Shown: positions 12,643-20,575 of the stretch, piece after piece
Position numbering within the stretch: position 1 is the stretch's first letter
Layout of the letters: the number at the start of each line of letters is the position of its first letter
Made by a program: the position numbers and the translations under genes
DNA from: Polyangiales bacterium
GTDB lineage: Bacteria > Myxococcota_A > Polyangia > Polyangiales > Houyiibacteriaceae
Reading direction: 5' to 3'
Length of the DNA stretch: 36,934 nucleotides
Assembly: GCA_045106895.1 (NCBI GenBank)
Contig: JBGCFM010000199.1
Span: 1 to 36,934 of the forward strand
Notes under the pieces: generated by a model
The model's database searches: none
The model's input: only the letters and a program-made list of their open reading frames with translations
Told to the model about the DNA's origin: nothing

Positions 12643-15459
12643 CTATGGGGTGTTCGCGTCGCCCCAGCCAAGCTCGAAGTCCGTGACATCGATGCCCGCC
12701 GCCGAAAGCACGGCGGCTGGGTCGTAGACGAATGGAGTGCCTCCAACGTTGAGAGCCTCATCGTAGGAGCCAGGAAGTGTCGAGGTCGGGTTGCCGTAGA
12801 CCACTGGGTAGAGCGGCGTCGTCACATCGTAGAGGTCGATGGTGTCGACGAGCCCGTCGTTGGTGACCACATACACGATGGGCGTCGCGCCGCGGTAGTC
12901 GACGGCGTAGCCGTACGTTTCAGTGACGTTGGGGTCGCCAATGTTGAACTCATGGGGAACCAGGTTTTGCCAAGTCGACCCCTGCATGTTGATCACGAGG
13001 CTCTGAGGAACGTCGTCCCAGTCGAAGGGGTTGAGGTTTCCGTACTGCACCACAATGCCGCTGCCCATGTTCACGGGTGCGCGAAGACGGGTGACCTCGA
13101 AGTACTGGAACTCACTGAGTAGGCCCTGGTTTGCTCGAATGCCCATCTTGCCAGCGCCGGTGAAGCGAGCCTGGAGACCGTCGGCGGAGAGGATGATCCC
13201 TTCACCTGTGAGGGCGTCTGGCGTGAGCCGAACCGGATCATACTGCGGCAGCGGGTTGGAGATGGTGACGTTGATGATGTGTTCACTCATCTGTCCGGCG
13301 GAGTCATAGGCCCACGCACGCACTCGGTGAATGCCTTCATCACCCGGTGTGAATGAGAACGTTGGGCCGGTTCCGCTCACTCGCGCGAGGTAGTAGCCCG
13401 AGGAGAGGAGGTCCCACTGCACCATCAGAGCGCCGTCCTCCGCATCCAGGGCGCTCGCTGTGACGTTGACGGTGTCACCAAGGGTGATGGTCATGTCCGC
13501 CGTTGTCGTCAGAACCGGCGCGGCGTCCACAGGACCCGCGTAGGTTCGTCCCCAGCCCATCACGAGGACGTCGGCTACAGAGCCAAAGCCCTCTGCTCGG
13601 AGGAGAGTGTCCACGTCGTAGTGGAAGGGGAAGTTGGTGGTGTCGTTTCCGGCGTTGACCTCGACCTCCGAGCCAACGATGGCGCGTCCACCGCATGCCA
13701 TAAAGTGAAGGTCCGTGGTGATCTCGCTCAGAGTGCGGACGTCACGAACTTGCGCGACGATGTCTGTGAAGAGCGGGTTCCAGTCGTAAACGATGAGGTA
13801 GACCACAGGGTTGGCGCCGCGGTAGTCGACGACGAAGCCGTAGTACTCGCTTTCGACACGCTGGAAGCCTCCTTGAAAGCCGCTCTCGTAGATGACCTGC
13901 CCCAGCGTCGTGATGCCGTAGCTCTGGTCTCCTTGGCCACAGGCTGCGTTGTTTACGTTGAGCGTGTCGCTCGCGACGGCAACGCCGGACGAACCGTAGC
14001 GGTCCACCAAACGTCGGCCTTCGAAGTAGAACACCCCGGAGCCGGGCGCGATGGCCTCCGTCGAGCGGACTGCGCCAAACTCGTCGTCGAGGTCGGCGCC
14101 CATATTGTCGTAGCGAAGCCGAACCTGCGGGTCGCGGTCCGTTGGGTTGAGCGTGATGATGGGGTTTGCGATGAATCGCGCCGTGACGATGGTGTCTTCG
14201 GAGATGTTGATGGTGCAGTCGGCCATCGCCGCGCAGACCGTACCGTCGCTGGACTCGAAGCCGACGAACTGAGAGCCGGCGTCAGGCACGCCCATCAGCG
14301 TCACGTCGGTGCCGTGTGCGATGGTCTCGGAACAGGTCCCGCCGCAGTTGATGGAGGTGTTGGAGACGACGTTTCCGTCGCCTTCGCGCCGACCTTCGAT
14401 GACGACGCTGAGCATTCCCATCACCGGGCCGCCATCGAAGCGCCCCGTCACTGTTGTGTTCGCGCTGAGGGTGATGGTGCAGTCCCCCATCGCCGGGCAC
14501 GACGTCCCGTCGCTGGATTCAAAGCCCAAGAAGTCCGAGCCGCCAAAGGCCGAGCCGGAGAAGGTCACAACGGTGCCGACTTCGAGTGTCTCGCTGCACG
14601 TCGCGCCGCAATCGATGCTCGTGTTCGAAGTGATGGTTCCGCCGCCGGAGCGAACGCTCTCGTTGACGACGGTGAAGGTCGCCATCGCCGGGCCGCTCTC
14701 GAAGCGAGCCGTGACTGTGGTGTCTTCGTTCAGCGTGATGGTGCAGTCGCCGAGAGGCGCGCACTCGGTGCCATCGCTGGACTCGAAACCCAAGAAGTTG
14801 GAGCCGTCATCGGGGGTTCCCGAGAAGGTGACGACGGTGCCGATCTCCAGAGTCTCGGAGCAAGCCGCGCCACAGTTGATGCTCGTGTCCGAGGTCACGG
14901 TTCCGCTGCCTGCGCCGACGCTCTCATTGACGACGGTGAAGGTCGCCGTCGGAGGAGGTCCTCCATCGAAGCGGGCCGTCACGGTGGTGTTTTCCGTGAG
15001 GGTGATGGTGCAGTCGCCGGTCGCAGGGCACTCCGTGCCGTCCGTCGACTCGAAGCCGAGGAAGTCAGAGCCGGAGTCCGCGACGGGCGTAAGCGTGACC
15101 TCGGTGCCGAGAGCGAGCGTCTCAACGCACGTCTCGCCGCAGTCGATGCTCGTGTCGGAAGTGACAGTGCCACCACCCATGCGCGCGCCATCGACGATGA
15201 TGCTGAGCGTGGCCAAACCAGGTCCTGCGTCAGGGCCACTGTCTGGACCGCCCGCGTCTAGACCACCTGCGTCCTCGTCGGGTCCGCCGTCTTCGTCGGG
15301 TCCACCGTCGGGTCCGCCGTCTGGAAGGGTCGCGTCAATGGCGCCGTCCAACGTGCCTCCGTCAAAGCCACCGTCGAAGGCCGCCGAGTCGTCACCACAG
15401 CCCGTCAGCGCAAGGACAGAGCACAAGACAGACGCGTGGAGCGTTCCAAGAAATCTCAT
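12643..15459 (-). CDS. Large lipoprotein: four InlB-B-like repeats, SPRY-like domain, Ig/PKD-like domain, second SPRY-like domain (938 aa)
   Basis: Lipobox ALTGC and DGG/DAG linker. Four repeats of G.GTVTS.T.I.CG..C.ET...GT.VT..G.PD.GS.F.GF....C.....CTITL.E.TTVTARF. Two homologous domains with YFE, YG.(V/A)VDYRGA.P.VY and N.G...PF.YD. AP.....D...V..TASALDAEDG between them. Confidence 0.8.
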   Translation of the reverse strand: MRFLGTLHASVLCSVLALTGCGDDSAAFDGGFDGGTLDGAIDATLPDGGPDGGPDEDGGPDEDAGGLDAGGPDSGPDAGPGLATLSIIVDGARMGGGTVTSDTSIDCGETCVETLALGTEVTLTPVADSGSDFLGFESTDGTECPATGDCTITLTENTTVTARFDGGPPPTATFTVVNESVGAGSGTVTSDTSINCGAACSETLEIGTVVTFSGTPDDGSNFLGFESSDGTECAPLGDCTITLNEDTTVTARFESGPAMATFTVVNESVRSGGGTITSNTSIDCGATCSETLEVGTVVTFSGSAFGGSDFLGFESSDGTSCPAMGDCTITLSANTTVTGRFDGGPVMGMLSVVIEGRREGDGNVVSNTSINCGGTCSETIAHGTDVTLMGVPDAGSQFVGFESSDGTVCAAMADCTINISEDTIVTARFIANPIITLNPTDRDPQVRLRYDNMGADLDDEFGAVRSTEAIAPGSGVFYFEGRRLVDRYGSSGVAVASDTLNVNNAACGQGDQSYGITTLGQVIYESGFQGGFQRVESEYYGFVVDYRGANPVVYLIVYDWNPLFTDIVAQVRDVRTLSEITTDLHFMACGGRAIVGSEVEVNAGNDTTNFPFHYDVDTLLRAEGFGSVADVLVMGWGRTYAGPVDAAPVLTTTADMTITLGDTVNVTASALDAEDGALMVQWDLLSSGYYLARVSGTGPTFSFTPGDEGIHRVRAWAYDSAGQMSEHIINVTISNPLPQYDPVRLTPDALTGEGIILSADGLQARFTGAGKMGIRANQGLLSEFQYFEVTRLRAPVNMGSGIVVQYGNLNPFDWDDVPQSLVINMQGSTWQNLVPHEFNIGDPNVTETYGYAVDYRGATPIVYVVTNDGLVDTIDLYDVTTPLYPVVYGNPTSTLPGSYDEALNVGGTPFVYDPAAVLSAAGIDVTDFELGWGDANTP
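14173..15213 (-). repeat. Four intragenic tandem repeats of about 260 bp, encoding InlB-B-like domains
   Basis: Recurring nucleotide blocks such as GTGATGGTGCAGTC and GCTGGACTCGAA; four roughly 87-aa protein repeats, each with four conserved Cys. Confidence 0.85.
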
Positions 15460-15465
15460 GCGGAT

Positions 15466-15494
15466 AGAGTACAAGCTTTCGAGGGTCGCGCCAA
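15466..15494 (-). promoter_or_regulatory. Putative sigma70 promoter for a leaderless transcript of the SPRY lipoprotein
   Basis: Minus strand TTGGCG-N17-TACTCT-N6-ATG(15459), with no Shine-Dalgarno. Confidence 0.5.
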
Positions 15495-15543
15495 CGAGAC
15501 CTAGCATCCCATCGCTGTCACAGAGGCGCTTCTGTCGGCGGCG

Positions 15544-16962
15544 CTAGATGAACTCGAGAGGGCCCGAGAGATCGACGGTGGATCCGTCGAGCGCTCGCCC
15601 CGTCGATGCGTTCAGTGTGTTGTTCGAGAGGCCCATGTGCTGCATGGACGAGATCAACAGGTGTTGGTGCCCAGGACCGATTCCCGTCGAGGTGGAATCG
15701 CACTGGTAGGTCTCGCAAACCCGAGGCCTGTTCTGCGCATAGCGGATGTAGCGTCCACGGTTGGACCCGCCTCCGGCGACGACGGTCATGCAGTCGTAGA
15801 AGTCGTGTTCCCCGTTTCCGAGCTCCGTCATCCAGATCACCATCGTGTCGTCGAGGAGGCTGCCACCGGCGCCGTTGGGAGCACGGTCGAGATGTCCGAC
15901 GAGCTCTGCGAACTGCTGGGCGTGGACACGGTAGTAGTTGGCCATGTGCATGCGAGCTTCGGGCGTCGTGCCGTGTGCCCAGTCTTGATGCACGTCGGTG
16001 CCGCTCGGGGCGCCGAAGTCCGTGGCGGCTAGCTCCGACACGTTCAACGCGACCACACGGGTCACGTCGCAGGAGAGCGCGAGCGTCGTGAGACGCGCGA
16101 ACTGATCCATCACGTCGCCACTGGCGCTGAAGTTCGTGCTGCACATGATCGGGTCCCGCGAGCCGCCGAGGCGGTTCTCCAGGTCGCGAATCTGCTGCCG
16201 ATGGAAGTCCAGGCGGCCACGGTCTGCTTCGCTGAGGCGCGGAATCAAGCGCTCGTATTCGCCGGCGGCGAGGTCGAGAACGCTGGCGCGCCGCGCCTGG
16301 ATGAGCTCTCGGCGCGTAGGTGGGTTCGGCCCCGTGTCCGTCGGCAAAAGGCCCATGAGACGACCAAAAGCGGCGCTGGGACTCGTCTGGACGGGAAGCC
16401 AAGACCCGTCCGAGGCTGTGCTGAAGGCGGCGGAGCCCAGGCGGCCGCCGGTGCCCCAAAGGACCGAGGGGAGTGACCCGGAGGGCTGCGTGATGCTGTT
16501 TGCGATGATCTGGTCCACGGAACTCGCCGTGGGGTAAGGGTCGGCGCTGTCGCCGCTGCCCGAGAAGGGCATGTCGAAGTTCGCGGGGCTGTTCGTCAGA
16601 AGATGAGCGCCGGAGACGCCGTGACCATTCCCTTGACGGTCGAGCATCGCGGAGATCATCGCCATGCCGTCCAAGATGCTGATTCTGTCGCGCACTTCAT
16701 AAAGGGGTGCGAGTACGTGGCTGAACTCGCTCTGGGACAGGCCCGCGAGGGGAACAAAACCATCGGAGTTCGGAGGCAGGCCAGCGGGATTCATCTGCCA
16801 ATGTTGTGCCGGCGCGCCGTGCTGCGTCGTGAAGTAGACGACGCGCTTGATCCCTTCCTGCGCTGCGGCTCTTGGCTGCCAGGTTGACCCAGGCAGGATC
16901 GTCGCCGCACCGCCAAGGCCCAGCATCTGAAGAAAACGGCGTCGTGAGTTTGAGTCGTTCAT
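15544..16962 (-). CDS. DUF1552-family Tat-exported protein (472 aa)
   Basis: SRRRFL twin-Arg signal; KRVVYFTTQHG; VLAPL; GNGH; SSVDQIIA; SPSAAFGRL; ALSCDVTRV; SLLDDTMVIWMTELGNGEH. Confidence 0.9.
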   Translation of the reverse strand: MNDSNSRRRFLQMLGLGGAATILPGSTWQPRAAAQEGIKRVVYFTTQHGAPAQHWQMNPAGLPPNSDGFVPLAGLSQSEFSHVLAPLYEVRDRISILDGMAMISAMLDRQGNGHGVSGAHLLTNSPANFDMPFSGSGDSADPYPTASSVDQIIANSITQPSGSLPSVLWGTGGRLGSAAFSTASDGSWLPVQTSPSAAFGRLMGLLPTDTGPNPPTRRELIQARRASVLDLAAGEYERLIPRLSEADRGRLDFHRQQIRDLENRLGGSRDPIMCSTNFSASGDVMDQFARLTTLALSCDVTRVVALNVSELAATDFGAPSGTDVHQDWAHGTTPEARMHMANYYRVHAQQFAELVGHLDRAPNGAGGSLLDDTMVIWMTELGNGEHDFYDCMTVVAGGGSNRGRYIRYAQNRPRVCETYQCDSTSTGIGPGHQHLLISSMQHMGLSNNTLNASTGRALDGSTVDLSGPLEFI

Positions 16963-18602
16963 TGCAGACCTCGCGCAAAGTCAGGACTTGTGACCAAGTC
17001 GATAAGTAGTTCGCGAACGTCGCCGCCGTTCGACGCCAGCGAGTCGCGTGCGGTTTGCACAAAACACGCGTCCTCGGATTGGGCAGCGCGGCCGAGGGTG
17101 TAGCGGACCCAGTTTCGCGCCACGCAGTCGCTCAGCGTTTGGCTCGTCGCGATCTGCTCCGAGAGTTCCACCGCGCCAACGACCTCACCGTCCACGTCCG
17201 TGTTGATGAGCTCGCCGCTCGCGTCGACGGGAAGCGTGTTGTCGATGTCACGGAACGCGCCGGATGCGTCGTAGTTCTCAAATGCGAAGCCGATTCCGTC
17301 GATGCGGGTGTGGCAGACCTGACACTCGTCCGGCGCCGTGCGGGCTTCGAACGCCATTCGGTTTGTCTGAGGTCCGGCACCCGGCTCGGGCTCTGGTTCC
17401 GAGGTGTCGGCGTTGTCGGGGAGCGCGCCAAAGCTCACACACAAGAGGCGCTCGTTGACGAATACGCCGCGCAAGATGGGCGAACCGGTGAGGCCATGCG
17501 CTTGGGCGGCGAGGAAGTTGGCGCGAGTGAGAATGCCGGAGCGTTCGCCCGCGGGGAGCTCCACCTGCATCCAGTCGCTCACAGGGGAGAGGCCGTATAG
17601 GCTCGCGAGGCGGGAATCGACGAACGAAGTTCGGCTCGTCATGAGCGCCTCGATGGTGCCTCCCTCTTCGAACATCACGTGCTCGACGAAGCGGTCGGCT
17701 TCCTCGCGCATCGAAATGATGAGGGCAGGATCCCAGTCCGGGTACGTCGTCCTGTCTTTGCCCAGATGCTCCGGCTCGAGGATCGCGTCGAAGCCGAGCC
17801 ACTGACGGTGAAAGTCCACCATAGCCTCGCGCGCCTGCGGCATCGCGATCATTCGACGGGCTTGGGCTTCAATATCTTCGGCGGAGCTAAGGCGACCAGA
17901 TGCCGCCGCCTCGAGAAGCACGCTGTCTGGGATGCTCTGCCAGAGCAAGAACGAGAGGCGGCTCGCCATCTCGAAAGGAGTGACGACTCCGGATTCGCCC
18001 AGCTCCACGCGGTACATGAACTGTGGCGCCTGAAGAAAAGCCGCGAGCGCCAGTTCGATGCCCGCTTCGTAGTCGACTGCGGCGGTCATATCTTCGACGA
18101 ATGCCGTGTACGTGGCTCGCTCCTCGCCGCTGAGCGGTCGTCGAAACGCACGAAGCCCAAAACCGTTTACAAACGACGCGGTGCACGCGCTCTGCTCACC
18201 GGGGGTTACCCAGGACGCGCAACCGAGGAGCGCCTGCATTGTGGCCGGGTTCCCCACCGCGGCTTCGGCGATGGCCTCAGCGATGGACTGGTGTTGCTCC
18301 ACGAGGACCAGCGGCGCGCTCAAGTTCCTGGACGCGTTCTCGAAGCCGTGGTCCGGGGCGTCGTTGGGAAGGGCCGGGGGGCTGTACGCGACGCCTGGGA
18401 GGAGATCTCGGACCGCGTTGCGGTACTCGACTCGGCTGAGGCGGCGAATCGGAACGACGCCCAGCATGGGGCCCGTTTCCTCGCAGTAGCCCGGAGGAGG
18501 GTTGAACGGGTCGATTCCCGGATTGAATTCATCGACCTCGCCGATCTGTCCCGTGCAGGCGGACAGTACGAGGAGCAAAATAGCGAGGGGGCGCCTAATC
18601 AT
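16959..18602 (-). CDS. DUF1587/DUF1595/DUF1592/DUF1588/DUF1585 lipoprotein with one CxxCH (547 aa)
   Basis: Lipobox LSAC; IRRLSRVEYRNAVRDLL; RAFRRPL; EMASRLSFLLWQSIPD; ERSGILT; SPILRG; CQVCHTRIDGIGFAFENYD; YTLGR. Start at ATG 18602; ATGA-coupled to the DUF1552 gene. Confidence 0.92.
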   Translation of the reverse strand: MIRRPLAILLLVLSACTGQIGEVDEFNPGIDPFNPPPGYCEETGPMLGVVPIRRLSRVEYRNAVRDLLPGVAYSPPALPNDAPDHGFENASRNLSAPLVLVEQHQSIAEAIAEAAVGNPATMQALLGCASWVTPGEQSACTASFVNGFGLRAFRRPLSGEERATYTAFVEDMTAAVDYEAGIELALAAFLQAPQFMYRVELGESGVVTPFEMASRLSFLLWQSIPDSVLLEAAASGRLSSAEDIEAQARRMIAMPQAREAMVDFHRQWLGFDAILEPEHLGKDRTTYPDWDPALIISMREEADRFVEHVMFEEGGTIEALMTSRTSFVDSRLASLYGLSPVSDWMQVELPAGERSGILTRANFLAAQAHGLTGSPILRGVFVNERLLCVSFGALPDNADTSEPEPEPGAGPQTNRMAFEARTAPDECQVCHTRIDGIGFAFENYDASGAFRDIDNTLPVDASGELINTDVDGEVVGAVELSEQIATSQTLSDCVARNWVRYTLGRAAQSEDACFVQTARDSLASNGGDVRELLIDLVTSPDFARGLQ

Positions 18603-18611
18603 GCGGCCGTG

Positions 18612-18639
18612 AGCATACCCACTTAAGAAACGGCGTCCA
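18612..18639 (-). promoter_or_regulatory. Putative sigma70 promoter of the DUF1592-DUF1552 operon (near-leaderless)
   Basis: Minus strand TGGACG-N16-TATGCT-N9-ATG(18602). Confidence 0.45.
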
Positions 18640-18883
18640 CCAAAGCGGTTTTTGGAAAACATGCCTTGTTTGGGGTAGGTCCGCTGGGGTGGCGCTCTGG
18701 TGGCGCGCTTGTGACACAAAAGCGCGGTGATTACGAACGTTTACGTCACAAGATGCCGGTCATCATGTAAGAGCGCGGACTACAACGTACGTGGCTAGCT
18801 ACACGTTCTTTTTTGCGCTCTGCACGATCCAAAAGCCGTGATCGGTGGTCCTTCCCTCAAGGCCGGGCGTGTCATAGACGGGT

Positions 18884-19549
18884 ATGCGCGTGACTTCTTT
18901 GTGGATTCCCCGGCTTCTGACGACATTTACACACCTGCTCCTGTGCGCGTGCTTCGTCGGCGGATGTGGCGATGACGCCTCCGAGGGTGACGCCGGAGCG
19001 AGGGACATCGGCGTCGTCGATACGAACGTCGACGCCGAGAATGAGCCGGGCGTGTTCATCGTCGATTTTGACACCAGCGCGGGGAGTTTCGCCGTGGAGG
19101 TCCACAGCGAGTGGTCCCCCAATGGCGCCGCTCACTTCCGCGCGCTCGTGGAGAGCGGATACTACGACGACCAACGGATCTTTCGCGTCATCCCGGGTTT
19201 CGTCGCTCAGTGGGGCATCCACGGCACGCCGGCGGACCACAACACGATGACGATCCCCGATGACCCGGTCCGACAAGCGAATGTCCGTGGGACCCTTAGC
19301 TTCGCGAAGACCCCCGAGCCGAACAGCCGCGCCTCGCAAGTCTTCATCAGCTACGTGGACAACCGATTCTTGGACGGGATGGGCTTCGCGCCCTTTGGAC
19401 GCGTCGTGGAAGGCCTCGAGACCGTGGATTCCTTCAATGGAGAGTATGAGGACACACCGGTTCAGGCTCGGATTGTGGCGGAGGGCAACACGTACTTGGA
19501 CGCGAGCTTTCCAAACCTGACGCAGATTCGCAGCGCTACGATTCGTTAG
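18884..19549 (+). CDS. Cyclophilin-type peptidyl-prolyl cis-trans isomerase, lipoprotein
   Basis: Lipobox VGGC; WSPNGAAHF..LV..GYYD; FRVIPGFVAQWG; NVRGTLSFAK; SQVFI; FAPFGRVVEGLETVD. Confidence 0.92.
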   Translation: MRVTSLWIPRLLTTFTHLLLCACFVGGCGDDASEGDAGARDIGVVDTNVDAENEPGVFIVDFDTSAGSFAVEVHSEWSPNGAAHFRALVESGYYDDQRIFRVIPGFVAQWGIHGTPADHNTMTIPDDPVRQANVRGTLSFAKTPEPNSRASQVFISYVDNRFLDGMGFAPFGRVVEGLETVDSFNGEYEDTPVQARIVAEGNTYLDASFPNLTQIRSATIR

Positions 19550-20246
19550 CTCCAGGCGTAATACCGTGGAGCTCAAGCCCTGGGTAGATGACGTCGTTGA
19601 CGGTGGCATGGACCGCGTCGATGGAGTCCTCGCGGGAGAGGAAACCGTGCGCCGGGAGCGCGTCGCCGGAGAGAAAGTTCGCCTCGTTTGCCCAGGCGTT
19701 CACGTTTGCCTGCACCTGCGTACGTAGGCTCGCGGAGAGGGCACGCCGGATGTCTGCGCTCGGCGGATGAGCGGCCAGAAAGGTCCAACCAACGCGAGCG
19801 TGGTTGAGCTCTTCGCGCAAGTGGAGCGCGTAAGCCGCCCGCACACGTGGGGATTCGATGCGCCGAATGCATGCGCGAAGCCAGCCACTCGCGATGGTCT
19901 CGCTGATACAAGTCTGGCCAAGGAGCGCGACGTGCAGCTCGAGCTCAGGGCGGCTGCGGCCAAAGCGGATGGGCTCCCACGCGCTCATGTCCGGCAGACT
20001 CACGTTGCGTTCTCCGTAGAGCTCCGCCAGCTCGTGGCACAGCTCCGCGTGCCGTCGTTCTTGCTGTGCAGATTCACGCGCGAGTTTGAGAACCGCTCCG
20101 CCGATGCCCGCCTGTTCCAGTCGCTCGCTGAGGTTCGTGAAAGACATCCCGACCTCGAGCTCGCTTTGAACCCGTGCCTCCCACCGAAGAGACACGGCCT
20201 CGCGCTGCTCCGGTGATAACGCCTCGACCCAGGGATCGCGCTTCAT
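19536..20246 (-). CDS. Ferritin-like diiron-carboxylate protein (236 aa)
   Basis: E...ExxH...E...ExxH ligand pattern: WEARVQSELE, QERRHAELC, CISETIA, REELNHARVGW. No signal peptide. Confidence 0.78.
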   Translation of the reverse strand: MKRDPWVEALSPEQREAVSLRWEARVQSELEVGMSFTNLSERLEQAGIGGAVLKLARESAQQERRHAELCHELAELYGERNVSLPDMSAWEPIRFGRSRPELELHVALLGQTCISETIASGWLRACIRRIESPRVRAAYALHLREELNHARVGWTFLAAHPPSADIRRALSASLRTQVQANVNAWANEANFLSGDALPAHGFLSREDSIDAVHATVNDVIYPGLELHGITPGANES

Positions 20247-20250
20247 CGAC

Positions 20251-20502
20251 TCAGAGTATCAGGTAGCAGGGCGGGGTCGGGAGCTCGGCGTCGGCGGGGC
20301 AAGGAGCGTCTTCTTCTTCACCGGCGTCGCTGATCGGAGTGTCGGGCGCGCCGAGCGGAGCGTCGACTGGAACGTCGGCTGGAACGTCGCTCTCTTCGCC
20401 CGTGTCGCGCTCCGCCGCGCCTGCGTCCGTTGCGGGGGTGCTCTCGCAGCCGGCCAGACCCAGCGCCGCGAGAACCAGTGCGCGATAGAGAGGGTCGACC
20501 AT
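20251..20502 (-). CDS. Small lipoprotein (83 aa) with an acidic linker and C-terminal CPADAELPTPPCYLIL
   Basis: Internal ATG of the 157-aa ORF gives MVDPLYRALVLAALGLAGC (lipobox). TATGCT -10 box 6 nt upstream. Stop lies 4 nt before the ferritin-like gene start. Confidence 0.75.
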   Translation of the reverse strand: MVDPLYRALVLAALGLAGCESTPATDAGAAERDTGEESDVPADVPVDAPLGAPDTPISDAGEEEDAPCPADAELPTPPCYLIL

Positions 20503-20508
20503 GCGCGC

Positions 20509-20567
20509 AGCATACATGCTCAGCGTCAATGCCTCTACTTGGGTTTCAGAGGGCCTGCTGCTAGGTT
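20509..20567. promoter_or_regulatory. Back-to-back divergent promoters (small lipoprotein and kinase)
   Basis: Minus strand TATGCT (20514-20509)-N6-ATG. Plus strand TTGGGT-N17-TAGGTT (extended -10 TG)-N8-ATG(20576). Confidence 0.5.
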
Positions 20568-20575
20568 CTCCTGCG

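Noticed and set aside
20244..20253. TGA readthrough (selenocysteine) fusing the small lipoprotein to the ferritin-like protein
   Set aside because: The two genes are in different frames (4-nt gap) and no SECIS-like hairpin is evident.
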